This document shows, in pieces, positions 37,352 through 49,039 of a stretch of 64,000 nucleotides of DNA. The DNA is from Thermoanaerobaculia bacterium (GTDB taxonomy: Bacteria; Acidobacteriota; Thermoanaerobaculia; Gp7-AA8). A program made the position numbers and the translations under genes. The stretch covers positions 37,050 to 101,049 of the forward strand of contig JBBRTB010000011.1 in the NCBI GenBank assembly GCA_038244815.1, given 5' to 3'. The notes below the pieces were generated by a model, which was not told the DNA's origin, ran no database searches, and saw only the letters and a program-made list of their open reading frames with translations. Position 1 is the first letter of the stretch. Each line of letters begins with the position of its first letter.

Positions 37352-39010
37352 GTGTGCAATGGACTGCGGGCTTCCGTTGTCGTGGCGGCCCTCTTCGCTA
37401 CGCCGCTGGCCGCGCAGATCGGCGAGACCATCGAGGTGCGCGTCGCCAATGTCGACGTCGTGGTCACGGACCGGGAGGGTCATCCCGTAAGCGGACTAAC
37501 CCGCGACGATTTCGAAGTCTACGAGAACAGGAAGCTGCAGCCGATTACGAATTTCTACGAAGTCCGCGGCCAGACCCCCGAGGCGGCCGGCGCACAACCA
37601 TCGGCCGGGACGGATGAGACGGTCGTACGCCACGACGTGCCACGCAGCATCGTCGTCTTCATCGACAATTCGTCGATCGATCCGATCCGCCGCAATCAGG
37701 TCATCGACTCGATCGAGAAATCGCTCGTCTCCCTGATGCGGCCGGGGGACGACGCCATGATCGCCACGTGGAACCGGCACTTCGAGACTGTCCAGCAATT
37801 CACAACGGACTACGCCTCGGTCAAGAGGGCGCTCGAGGACGCCCGCCGGTATGGCGCCTCGGCCTCCGCGATTCCTGTGCTGCGTGCGAACGTCATGTCC
37901 GAGGCCCAGTCGATGCTGGCCGCGGCGCGCGAGGGGCGGATGAGAATGGCCGATGCCTACTCCGCCGCGGTCAGCGCCGCGCGCTCGTACGCGGAGTGGA
38001 TGCGCCAGACCGAGATGCTTCTTCTCAAGTCGATGACGCAGTCTGTTTCGATGCTCAGCGGCGTGGAGGGGAGAAAGATCCTGATCTTCGTGGGCGGCGA
38101 GCTGCAGGAGCGGCCCGGTCTCGACGTGTTCCAACTCGTCGACGGCCTCTTCAATGGGTTCATGCCGCGCGGCAGCACCATGCCGGCGGTGGTCCGCGAG
38201 ACCGGTTTCAACACGACAGACGACATCCTCAAGCTGGCGCGTAACGCCAACGCCAACGGCGTGACGCTGTACATGCTCGACGCCCTCGATCGCAGCCGCG
38301 ACGCCACCGCGGGCTCCATGGAGTCGCTGCCCGATCCTGAGGTCGAGTTCACGCAGCAGACCAACTCGTACTTCTCGATGACGAAGCTCGCCGCGAACAC
38401 GGGCGGGACGGTGCTGAGCGGCTCCCACAACTTCGCACTGGCACTCAACAACATCTCTCGCGACCTCGGGTCCTACTACTCGCTCGGATACAAACCCTCC
38501 GCGGAGGGCGGCGCGGACCATTCGATCACGGTGAAGGTGAAGAAGCCCGGCCTGGTGGCGCGCTCCCGGCACGGCTACGCCCTCAAAACGGCCGACGAGC
38601 AGGCCGGCGATCGCGTCGTGGCCAACGCCTTTCACTCCTCGCTCAAGGGCGACTTCCCCGTCGAGATCAAGGCGGAGAAGGTGGAAGCGTTCGAGCACGG
38701 ACTGTTCAAGGTGAGTCTGATCGTGACGTTTCCATCATCGCTCACGTATCTGCCGGAAGGGGACAACCTCGCCGGCGAGTACACGGTCTACTTTCTCACA
38801 GCGGCGGAAGATGGCGCGTTGTCGCAGGTCGGCAAGCAGACCCAGCCCGTGAAGTTCCCGGCCGTCGCGCTCGAACAGGTGAAGCAGAAACCGTTCGCGC
38901 ACTCGACAGCGCTCATCGTTCGTCCCGGCACGCAGACGATCTCGGTGGCCGTCTACGATCGATACGGTGCCCGGACCGGCTACGGACGCGTGACGATCAC
39001 CGCGCGCTGA
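37352..39010 (+). CDS. Acidobacterial-type VWA domain protein, divergent third copy
   Basis: VDVVVTDREGHPVSGLTRDDFEVYE, GRKILIFV, LAANTGG, SYYSLGY. Confidence 0.88.
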   Translation: MCNGLRASVVVAALFATPLAAQIGETIEVRVANVDVVVTDREGHPVSGLTRDDFEVYENRKLQPITNFYEVRGQTPEAAGAQPSAGTDETVVRHDVPRSIVVFIDNSSIDPIRRNQVIDSIEKSLVSLMRPGDDAMIATWNRHFETVQQFTTDYASVKRALEDARRYGASASAIPVLRANVMSEAQSMLAAAREGRMRMADAYSAAVSAARSYAEWMRQTEMLLLKSMTQSVSMLSGVEGRKILIFVGGELQERPGLDVFQLVDGLFNGFMPRGSTMPAVVRETGFNTTDDILKLARNANANGVTLYMLDALDRSRDATAGSMESLPDPEVEFTQQTNSYFSMTKLAANTGGTVLSGSHNFALALNNISRDLGSYYSLGYKPSAEGGADHSITVKVKKPGLVARSRHGYALKTADEQAGDRVVANAFHSSLKGDFPVEIKAEKVEAFEHGLFKVSLIVTFPSSLTYLPEGDNLAGEYTVYFLTAAEDGALSQVGKQTQPVKFPAVALEQVKQKPFAHSTALIVRPGTQTISVAVYDRYGARTGYGRVTITAR

Positions 39011-39016
39011 CTTTAC

Positions 39017-39078
39017 GGGTCGCTGGGTCGCCATAACAACCCGGCAACCCAGCGACCCAGCGACCCAGCGACCCAGCG
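39017..39078. repeat. Octamer repeat hairpin between convergent genes
   Basis: (GGGTCGCT/C)2 ... (ACCCAGCG)4. Confidence 0.85.
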
Positions 39079-39080
39079 TC

Positions 39081-39650
39081 TCAATTCAGCGAGTCGAGCA
39101 CGTCGTCCGTCGATCTCACCAGTCCCAGTCGCGGGAAAATGTTCTTCACCGCGAACTCGTGCGCTTCGGCGCTCAGGCCGGCCATGGCATCCTCGGCAAA
39201 TACGAGCCGGTATCCATGTTCGTGCGCGGCGCGTCCGGTCGATTCCACGCCGAAGTTCGTGGAGATCCCGCCGAGCACGATCGTATCGATGTGGCGACGG
39301 CGCAGTTGCAGATCCAACTCGGTCCCGTAGAACGCTCCCCAATGCCGCTTGGTGATGACGATGTCGCCTGCTTTCGGTCCGAGCTCCGGCACGATGTCGC
39401 CGTAGTCGGGAGGGAGCGGTCCGGTCACCGGGGGCGGGGCGTCGATTTCCTGTGTCAGGCGGTCCCGACCATCGGCCGAGAACATGACGTGCACGAGCAC
39501 GACCTGACCGCCTTTACGAAAACGGTCCGCGAGACGTGTGGCGCGCGCGACGACCTCGGCGGCGCTGTGCGGCCCGGTCTGCCGTTGCACGATGCCGCGC
39601 TGCAGGTCGATGAGAACCAGAGCGGTGGATTGAAGATCGAGTTTCAGCAT
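39081..39650 (-). CDS. Isochorismatase-family hydrolase (YecD-like)
   Basis: LIDLQ, KRHWGAFYGTELD, GISTNFGVEST. Confidence 0.9.
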   Translation of the reverse strand: MLKLDLQSTALVLIDLQRGIVQRQTGPHSAAEVVARATRLADRFRKGGQVVLVHVMFSADGRDRLTQEIDAPPPVTGPLPPDYGDIVPELGPKAGDIVITKRHWGAFYGTELDLQLRRRHIDTIVLGGISTNFGVESTGRAAHEHGYRLVFAEDAMAGLSAEAHEFAVKNIFPRLGLVRSTDDVLDSLN

Positions 39651-39666
39651 GACGTCATTCCGTGAT

Positions 39667-41775
<2,109 letters not shown>

Positions 41776-41835
41776 GGTGAACTCGAGCTCGCTCCGCAAT
41801 CGTAGTGCCAGACGGCAGCGCGCGGCCTCGTGCAG

Positions 41836-42180
41836 CTACGCGGAGGCGAATGCTTCCAGCGCGTCCGACTCGGATTCGTAAACGCTGAACATCGGCAGCA
41901 GGTTGGTCAGCCGCAGCGTCTTGGCCACGCGGTCCTGAGGTTTGAGCAGACGCAGCGAGGCGCCGTAACGCTTCGACGTCTTCAGGCTCTGTACCAGCTC
42001 GCCCAGGCCGTTGCTGTCGATGTAGTCCATATCGGAGAGGTTGAGGAGGATCTTCTTGACCCCTTCATCGAGCAGTTCACTGATCACGTGAGGGAGGACT
42101 TCGTCACCGACGCCGACGGCCAGGCGCCCCTTGAAATCGACGATGACGACGTCGTCTGTCTTGCGGACTTCGATGTTCAT
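41836..42180 (-). CDS. STAS-domain anti-sigma-factor antagonist
   Basis: LLNLSDMDYIDSNGLGELV. Confidence 0.9.
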   Translation of the reverse strand: MNIEVRKTDDVVIVDFKGRLAVGVGDEVLPHVISELLDEGVKKILLNLSDMDYIDSNGLGELVQSLKTSKRYGASLRLLKPQDRVAKTLRLTNLLPMFSVYESESDALEAFASA

Positions 42181-42206
42181 GCGGGCGCAATGATACAAGA
42201 CGGACG

Positions 42207-42911
42207 TTGAACCTGGTTCTCGTTTTCGAGCAAGACTTCGTTTCTCTCTCCCGGGTCGTGCTGCGCGGGAGGCGGGCGGAGCATGTCCGCGAAGTGCATC
42301 GCCTTTCGGCCGGCGACGAACTGGTCGTCGGAATGGCGGACGGAATGATCGGCAGCGCACGCGTGATCGGTGCCGGCCAGACGCTGGAGCTGGAAGTGAC
42401 GCTCGATCGCCACCCGCCGCCGGCACTCGATGTCACACTCGTCCTGGCGGTGCCGCGTCCCAAGGTCCTCAATCGGGTCGTGGCTGCCGTGACCTCGCTC
42501 GGCGTCAAGCGGATCTTCCTGATGAACGCCTGGAGAGTGGAAAAGAGCTACTGGCGCTCACCGCGCATGTCCGCGGAGAATCTGCGCGCGCAATCGATCC
42601 TCGGACTGGAGCAGGCACGCGACACGATCCTGCCGGCGATCGAGATCCGCCGCCTCTTCCGCCCCTTTGTCGAGGATGAGCTGCCGTCGATCATCGCCGG
42701 CACAACCGCGCTTCTCGCCCATCCCTACGCGGAGCAGCCGTGCCCGCGCGACGTGCACGGCCCGATCACGCTCGCCATCGGGCCGGAAGGGGGATTCGTT
42801 CAGCCGGAGATCGACTCGCTCACGAAGATCGGCTTCCGTCCCGTGACGCTCGGCGAGCGGATCCTTCGTGTGGAGACCGCCGTCGCGACGATTCTGGGAT
42901 ACCTGAAGTAG
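42207..42911 (+). CDS. rsmE: 16S rRNA m3U1498 methyltransferase
   Basis: IGPEGGF, LGERILRVETA. Confidence 0.92.
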   Translation: MNLVLVFEQDFVSLSRVVLRGRRAEHVREVHRLSAGDELVVGMADGMIGSARVIGAGQTLELEVTLDRHPPPALDVTLVLAVPRPKVLNRVVAAVTSLGVKRIFLMNAWRVEKSYWRSPRMSAENLRAQSILGLEQARDTILPAIEIRRLFRPFVEDELPSIIAGTTALLAHPYAEQPCPRDVHGPITLAIGPEGGFVQPEIDSLTKIGFRPVTLGERILRVETAVATILGYLK

Positions 42912-42930
42912 TGCGTCGTGAGCGGCTTCC

Positions 42931-42956
42931 GTGTAGCGGCCGGCTTCAGCCGGCCG
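42931..42956 (+). repeat. REP containing the RAYT stop codon
   Basis: GTAGCGGCCGGCTTCAGCCGGCCG. Confidence 0.85.
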
Positions 42957-43407
42957 GCCACCATCTCCAGATCCAGGGGTAGTCGCCGGACCGTGCCACC
43001 AGCCCTGCACGGACCGGGTTCTGCAGAATGTAGTCCGACTTCGCCGTCACGCTCTCGCTGCTTCGAAGGATGTGATCGAACGACTCATGCTGCCAGAGCG
43101 GCCCGGCACGATGGAGGCGCTGGTTCACGTAAAACGCCGACGATCCCTTGATCAACTGCATGACGCGGCCGAGGGTCAGTGATTCATAGGGTGCGATGAT
43201 CAGATGCACGTGGTCCGGCATCACCACGGCCGCATAGAGTGCGTACGCAATCCCGTGGGCCCGACCCAGGTGTGAGAGCACGACGTCGCGGGCGACGGGA
43301 GGCAATTCGTAGCGACGGAATGCGCAAAACGTGACGAAGTACGTTTTGTGCGACTTCTCGAGGTGCGGAAGATTTCTTCGGTGTGAGTACGTGTCGTCTG
43401 CAATCAC
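42946..43407 (-). mobile_element. REP-associated tyrosine transposase (RAYT, Y1/HUH)
   Basis: RRNLPH, YFVTF, VMPDHVHL (HUH), LWQ..SFDH..R, YI..NPVRAGL, YPW; REPs on both sides. Confidence 0.92.
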
Positions 43408-43456
43408 ACCTGGATTGTTCCTCGGGTTCAGAGAACCGGACGGTTTTCTTCCGCCT

Positions 43457-43693
43457 GTGGATATTTGGTTTGGTGTGGAGGCCGGCTTCAGCCGGCCGGC
43501 TGCGAGCGGGCTCTCAAAGGTGTAGATCGGGGTCCGCCGGCTGAAGCCGGCGGCTACACGCGGTCTCGGCGTTGAAGTACTCGCGGGTTCGTGGATATTT
43601 GGTTTGGTGTGGAGGCCGGCTTCAGCCGGCCGGCTGCGAGCGGGCTCTCAAAGGTGTAGATCGGGGTCCGCCGGCTGAAGCCGGCGGCTACAC
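43457..43693. repeat. Two identical 103-bp REP-doublet units separated by 31 bp
   Basis: 43457-43559 equals 43591-43693; each contains GTGGAGGCCGGCTTCAGCCGGCC...CCGGCTGAAGCCGGCGGCTACAC. Confidence 0.93.
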
Positions 43694-43712
43694 CCGGCGG
43701 TTACACGAGACC

Positions 43713-46469
43713 TTACCTCCGCCATTCGTCGATCAGGTTTGCGACCAGTCCGGTCCATCCGGTCTGGTGCGAGGCGCCGAGGCCTTCGCCGGTGTCGCCG
43801 TTGAAGTATTCGAAGAAGAGCAGAAGGTCCTTCCAGTGCGGGTCGTGTGCGAAGAGCTCGGCCTTGCGTGTGCCGCGCGCGCCGTGGACCGGACGATAGC
43901 CGTCGCCGTCCGGAAGAAAGATGTGAATGGAGCGGTCGGCGAGCCGCGCAGCGAGGCCGGTGAGCGTGATCGAATGCGCGGCCGGGGCAGCCGTCGGACC
44001 CATGGTCATGCCGCGGGCGCGTGCGCCGCCGCCGGAGCCTTCGGTCATACGCGCGTCGGCCATGTCCGGATCGATGTGTCTGTCGGTGATCTCGTCCTCG
44101 GTCACGTTCACACGTACATCGCCTCCGAATGCCTTCTCCAGCTTGCGCAGCGACTCGATCATCAGGAACGTCGTCGGGAACCACACCGGCCCGCGCCAGT
44201 TGCTGTTTCCCCCCTTGAGCCACGTACGCGATTCCGCCGGCTCATATCCGACCGAGGCATCGCCGAACGTGAAGGGATGCGTTTCGTGAAACTTGCTCAG
44301 GCTGCGCATCCCGAACGGAGAGAGGAACTCGTTCGGATCGACGACGCGGCTGAGCAGATGCTGCAACTGATTCTGATCGACGACCGCGAGCACGTGCGTG
44401 AAGTCATGGTCGTATACCACCGTGGTCACGCAGCGCTCGACGATGTCGCGGCGATGCTTGATGAACCAGTTCATGTTCTCGCGGAAGACCGGGAACGGCT
44501 CGATCCATTGCTTTTCCAGCCGCTCGATCGCGTAGAGGGGAATGAGTCCGACCAGCGAGCGGACGCGGAAGGGGACAGCCGACCCGTCCGGGTAGCGCAG
44601 CAGGTCGTAAAAGAAGCCGTCCTCCTGGTCCCAGAGCGTGCGGTCGCCGCGAAGCATCTTCATGGCCGCGCCGATGTAGACATAGTGCTCGAAGAATTTC
44701 GTGGCCAGGCCTTCGTAGACCGAATCTTTCCGGGCCAGTTCGAGAGCGATGCGCATCATCACCAGCGAGAACATGCCCATCCAGCCGGTGGCGTCGCTCT
44801 GTTCGAGCACCGCGCCGCCGGGGACCTGGCTGCGATCGAAGAGCGTGATGTTGTCGAGGCCGAGGAAACCGCCTTCGAAGACGTTGTTTCCTTCGCGATC
44901 GACCTTGTTCACCCACCACGTGAAGTTGAGGAGCAGCTTGTGAAAGCAGCGCTCCAGGAATTCGAGATCCCCCTTGCCGCTGCGGATGCGGTCCATGTTG
45001 TAGACGCGCCAGACCGCCCAGGCCTGAACGGGCGGGTTGAGATCCGAGAACTCCCATTCGTAGGCGGGAATCTGTCCGTTCGGATGCTGGAACTGCTCGA
45101 AGAGCATCAGCCAGAGTTGCTCCTTCGCGTAATGCGGGTCGATGAGCGCGAAGACGACCGCATGGAACGCCAGGTCCCAGGCCGCGAACCACGGGTACTC
45201 CCACTTGTCGGGCATCGACAGGATGCGCATGGAGTTGAGATGCCGCCACCGATAATTGCGTCCGTGATTGCGCTCCTGGGGCGGGGGATGGGCGGGATCG
45301 TCGCCGTCGAGCCAGACGTCGACGTCGAAGAGATAGCTCTGCTTGCTCCACAACATTCCGGCGAAGGCCTGCCGCTGCACGTTTTTCTCTTCGTCCGATG
45401 CCTTCGGCGGATGGATGGCGGCGTAGAACTCGTCAGCCTCCCGTCGGCGAAGTGCGATGACCTCGGAAACCGTGTAGGTGCCGGCTTCAGCCGGCACTGC
45501 ACCGCTGTCAGCCGGCGCCCCCATCGGATGCAGCCGCATTTCCATGACCGCGGCCTGGCCCGGCTCGACGTCGAAGCGCATCCAGCCGCACGCTTTCGTC
45601 CCCTGAGCGCGGAGCCCGCTCGCGTCGCCATGGACGATCCGTCGATCAAACGCGTCCTTGAGCCCGGTCTCGTTCTCGGTGAAGAGAAGCTCGGCTCCGG
45701 CGGGCAGCTCCAGCACGTGCGGGCCGAGGCGGGTGTCGCGCAGCAGACCTTCCAGCGGCGGAGCGTCGCAGTCGTCGGCGAGAAGCGTTTCGCCTTGCGC
45801 GCGAATCAGTGGCTTCGACTTCGCGCCCGCCCACGACCAGGTGTTGCGGAACCAGAGATTTGGGATGAGATGAATGGGCGCGCGCTCCGGTCCGCGGTTG
45901 TGCGCGCTCACGCGAAACACGAGCGACTCCGGCGTCTCCTTGGCCACTTCGATCTCGATGTCGAAGTAGCGCCCATCGTCGAAGATCCCCGTGTCGATCA
46001 GCTCGTACTCGGGATCGCCGTAGCCGCGGCGCCGGTTCTCCTCGATCAGCTGGAGGTACGGGTACTCCCTCTGCGGATACTTGTAGAGCATCCGCTGGTA
46101 GGCGTGAGTAGGCAGCGCGTCGACATAGAAGTAGCACTCTTTGACGTCTTCGCCGTGATTGCCCTCGTTCGGCACGAGGCCGAAGTAGCGCTCCTTGAGA
46201 ATCGGATCGCGCTCGTTCCAGAACGCCATCGACCAGCAGAGGATCTGGTAGCGGTCGCAGAATCCGGCGATGCCGTCCTCACCCCAGCGGTAGGCCTTCG
46301 ATCGGGCCTGGTCGTGCGGGAAGTAACGCCATGGATCGCTGTCGGCGCTGTAGTCCTCGCGCACCGTGCCCCAGGCCCGATCGGCGAGGTACGGTCCCCA
46401 ATGGCGCCACCGCGCGAGCTCATGAGCGTCGCCGGCGAGACGGACGTGCTCCGCGTCGGTGGGAGTCAT
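43713..46469 (-). CDS. MGH1-like / GH63-related glycoside hydrolase
   Basis: [64 protein letters not shown]. Confidence 0.9.
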   Translation of the reverse strand: MTPTDAEHVRLAGDAHELARWRHWGPYLADRAWGTVREDYSADSDPWRYFPHDQARSKAYRWGEDGIAGFCDRYQILCWSMAFWNERDPILKERYFGLVPNEGNHGEDVKECYFYVDALPTHAYQRMLYKYPQREYPYLQLIEENRRRGYGDPEYELIDTGIFDDGRYFDIEIEVAKETPESLVFRVSAHNRGPERAPIHLIPNLWFRNTWSWAGAKSKPLIRAQGETLLADDCDAPPLEGLLRDTRLGPHVLELPAGAELLFTENETGLKDAFDRRIVHGDASGLRAQGTKACGWMRFDVEPGQAAVMEMRLHPMGAPADSGAVPAEAGTYTVSEVIALRRREADEFYAAIHPPKASDEEKNVQRQAFAGMLWSKQSYLFDVDVWLDGDDPAHPPPQERNHGRNYRWRHLNSMRILSMPDKWEYPWFAAWDLAFHAVVFALIDPHYAKEQLWLMLFEQFQHPNGQIPAYEWEFSDLNPPVQAWAVWRVYNMDRIRSGKGDLEFLERCFHKLLLNFTWWVNKVDREGNNVFEGGFLGLDNITLFDRSQVPGGAVLEQSDATGWMGMFSLVMMRIALELARKDSVYEGLATKFFEHYVYIGAAMKMLRGDRTLWDQEDGFFYDLLRYPDGSAVPFRVRSLVGLIPLYAIERLEKQWIEPFPVFRENMNWFIKHRRDIVERCVTTVVYDHDFTHVLAVVDQNQLQHLLSRVVDPNEFLSPFGMRSLSKFHETHPFTFGDASVGYEPAESRTWLKGGNSNWRGPVWFPTTFLMIESLRKLEKAFGGDVRVNVTEDEITDRHIDPDMADARMTEGSGGGARARGMTMGPTAAPAAHSITLTGLAARLADRSIHIFLPDGDGYRPVHGARGTRKAELFAHDPHWKDLLLFFEYFNGDTGEGLGASHQTGWTGLVANLIDEWRR
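45472..45522 (+). repeat. REP plus degenerate partner inside the glycoside hydrolase CDS
   Basis: GTGTAGGTGCCGGCTTCAGCCGGCAC, identical to 61398-61423. Confidence 0.8.
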
Positions 46470-46601
46470 TGGATGGGAGAAGTGTAACGGAGTGGGTCGC
46501 CGGTGGCCGGTCCTGGGGCCGGGAAGCGCTGGCGATGACGCCAGGCGACCCCCCGGGGACCGTCACCTGTGGTAAAAACTTCACCAGGGAGCTGAATCAG
46601 G

Positions 46602-47507
46602 ATGCGTCTCGTCACGCGCGGGGACCTGGACGGTCTAACCAGCGCGGTCATCATTACGATGAAGGAGCCGATCGACGAGATCGTTCTCATTCATCCGCAG
46701 GACATCACCGATAAGAAGGTGGAGATCCGTCCGGACGATATCCTCTCCAACGTTCCGTATCATCCGAACGCCGGCCTCTGGTTCGATCATCATCTGCTGA
46801 CATCGAGCAACGAGAAGCCGCCCGAGAATGTCAAGGGGCGCTATCGCCTGTCGCCATCCGCGGCGCGGCTGGTGTACGAGTACTATCTGGAGAAGTATCC
46901 CGGCGATCCCGAGCTGGAACGCCTGGCGCCGCTCGTCGACGCCACCGACCGCGTCGACGCGGCGCAGCTCACGCCCGACGACGTCAACGATCCTCAGAAC
47001 TACATCCTCCTCGGTTTCACCATCGACAACCGCTCGGGCCTGGGATCGTTTCATTCGTACTTCAACGAGCTGGTGGAGGCGTTGAAGACGATGCCCGTCG
47101 AAGCGATCATGCAGTTGCCGAGAGTGAGGGAGCGCGTGGAGCGTCTGAAACACGAGCAGAGCGAGTTCACGCACCTGCTCAAGCGGAACAGCTTCCAGCT
47201 CAACAACGTCGTCATCACGGATCTCCGTGAGATCGAGCGCCTCCCCGCCGGAAACCGCTTTCTGATCTACACGCTCTTCCCCGACTCGAACGTGTCGCTG
47301 CGCGTGCACTGGGGACCTTCGCACAACAGCGTGATCGCGGCGGTCGGCCACAGCATCTTCAACCGCACCTGCAAGACGTCGGTCGGCGAGCTCATGTCGC
47401 GCTTCGGCGGCGGAGGCCACCGGGGAGCGGGAACGTGCGTCCTGCCGCTCGAGAACGCCGCGGACGCCATCGACGAGATCCTGTTCGAGCTGCAGGCGAA
47501 CGGATGA
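46602..47507 (+). CDS. DHH-family phosphoesterase
   Basis: TRGDLDG, FDHH, PSAAR, GGGGHRGAGTC. Confidence 0.85.
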   Translation: MRLVTRGDLDGLTSAVIITMKEPIDEIVLIHPQDITDKKVEIRPDDILSNVPYHPNAGLWFDHHLLTSSNEKPPENVKGRYRLSPSAARLVYEYYLEKYPGDPELERLAPLVDATDRVDAAQLTPDDVNDPQNYILLGFTIDNRSGLGSFHSYFNELVEALKTMPVEAIMQLPRVRERVERLKHEQSEFTHLLKRNSFQLNNVVITDLREIERLPAGNRFLIYTLFPDSNVSLRVHWGPSHNSVIAAVGHSIFNRTCKTSVGELMSRFGGGGHRGAGTCVLPLENAADAIDEILFELQANG

Positions 47508-47968
47508 AGCGGCTGGCAGCGTTGTTCGCCTTCGTGCTGGCCGGTTGCACCACCGTGTCGAACGGGCCGATGCAGCGCGTACTCGTGGACAGCGAGCCGC
47601 GTGGCGCCGTCGTGCTGGTGCGGAACTGCGGGGCGTTCGCATCGAAGGAAGTGAAGACCCCGGGCGTGGCCTGGGTCAGCCGCCGCTCGACGCAATGCGA
47701 GCTCGTCTTCCGCAAGCCGTACTACGAAGAGCAGCGCGTGAAGCTGCGCCGGCGGACCGCCCGGAGCCTGTCGCGCTACGGAACGGCCGCGGACATCCTG
47801 TTCGATGCGTCGAACGACTTCGAGGACATGGCCCTCGGCGCGGCGTTCATGCTTCCCAGCTTCGCCATCGACGCCGCCAGCGGCGCCATGTTCGAGCTCC
47901 AGCCGAGCGACGTCTTCACCGATCTCGTCCCGGCACGGCAGGACTGGCGCGACGGGAAGACGCCGTAA
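47504..47968 (+). CDS. Small lipoprotein, PEGA-like
   Basis: LAGC lipobox, VDSEPRGA.V, IDAASGAMF; ATGA overlap. Confidence 0.7.
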   Translation: MKRLAALFAFVLAGCTTVSNGPMQRVLVDSEPRGAVVLVRNCGAFASKEVKTPGVAWVSRRSTQCELVFRKPYYEEQRVKLRRRTARSLSRYGTAADILFDASNDFEDMALGAAFMLPSFAIDAASGAMFELQPSDVFTDLVPARQDWRDGKTP

Positions 47969-47996
47969 CATAACGCGCCATTCCGACCTTGGGACG

Positions 47997-48458
47997 TCAC
48001 CACCGGTTGAACGCGGGGTGTCCCTCTTTGACGGCGACGAAAGTCCCGCGGCAGGTCGCGGTGATCTTGCCGTTCGCTTCGAGCGTGGCCTCGACGGTGG
48101 CTCGATCGTCCGTCGACTCGACGACGTGCGCGCGCAGATGCAGCGGCACATCCATCGGCGTCGGCCGGTTCAGTTTCACGTGAAAGTCGGCGGTGACCGT
48201 GTATGGCGGACGCGTGGCGCCGCTCTTCTTCATGAGATGCACCGCCGCGGTCCAGTTGCTGTGGCAGTCGAGCAGCGCGCCGCAGATGCCGCCGTTGAGC
48301 ACGTTCTCGAAGGCCAGGTGGTGGGGCTGGGGGCGCCACTCGCAGACCAGCTCGTCGCCTTCCTCGATGCTGCGGATGCGCAGGCCTTTTTCATTCGACG
48401 GTCCGCAGCCGAAGCAGCGGTTTTGCGGCGCATACGTCTCCTGAACGCTCTTCTTCAT
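47997..48458 (-). CDS. PaaI-family thioesterase
   Basis: CFGCG..N..GL, LNGGI..LLD, RPTP. Confidence 0.88.
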   Translation of the reverse strand: MKKSVQETYAPQNRCFGCGPSNEKGLRIRSIEEGDELVCEWRPQPHHLAFENVLNGGICGALLDCHSNWTAAVHLMKKSGATRPPYTVTADFHVKLNRPTPMDVPLHLRAHVVESTDDRATVEATLEANGKITATCRGTFVAVKEGHPAFNRW

Positions 48459-49039
48459 GCGCGCGATCGTATCGCGTTCACGTGGGCGACGACATCGGGG
48501 AAAAACGCCCGGAAGTGCCGCTGAAGCTCGTCACGACGGTCGGTGAGGAGACTCACCGCGCTTTCCAGCCGCGGCGCGCGCGAGAGACGGCGCGATATGT
48601 TGCGCAGCGCGGTCTCGATGCCGCTCAAGTCCGTATACGACTGCAGCCAGCGGCCGTCGCGCATCCGTTCGTAGACGAAAGGCAGATGACCGGGCATCTC
48701 GCCGACGAATGGATCGAGCGTGCGGTACACGCGGTCGATGAAATCCTCGCGGCTCTCGCTCGTGTAGTCGTCCCAGTGGCGCGAGAGCAGGTGATCGAGG
48801 AACACATCGCCGATCACCCGCGAATAGTGACCGTGACCGGCGGCGATGATGCGCCGGATCGCCGCCACTTCGGGATGCGTGTCCGTGAATTCGTCGACGC
48901 TGCGGTGCTCGGCGATTCCTTTGCGCACCCCGGGCGTGAATCGATCGCCCAGCCCTCCTTTGACGAAGTCTCCCGCCAGATTTCCCAGCAACGACTCCGG
49001 CGAATCCTCGGCCAGAAAGAGATGGGCCAGGAAGTTCAT
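48455..49039 (-). CDS. acpH: Acyl carrier protein phosphodiesterase
   Basis: MNFLAHL, GNLAGDFVKG, HR.VD.FTD.HP, D.FLDHLL...W. Confidence 0.92.
   Translation of the reverse strand: MNFLAHLFLAEDSPESLLGNLAGDFVKGGLGDRFTPGVRKGIAEHRSVDEFTDTHPEVAAIRRIIAAGHGHYSRVIGDVFLDHLLSRHWDDYTSESREDFIDRVYRTLDPFVGEMPGHLPFVYERMRDGRWLQSYTDLSGIETALRNISRRLSRAPRLESAVSLLTDRRDELQRHFRAFFPDVVAHVNAIRSRA

Noticed and set aside
43457-43693. CRISPR array
   Set aside because: Only two repeats, each 103 bp and built from REPs; no cas genes in the window
43572-46487. 971-aa plus-strand ORF and other long antisense ORFs (e.g. 6132-7397, 53514-55058)
   Set aside because: Shadow frames of well-supported genes in high-GC DNA, with no recognisable motifs
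46602-47507. DHH protein as the c-di-AMP phosphodiesterase matching the riboswitch
   Set aside because: 35 kb away, and DHH substrate cannot be inferred from motifs alone
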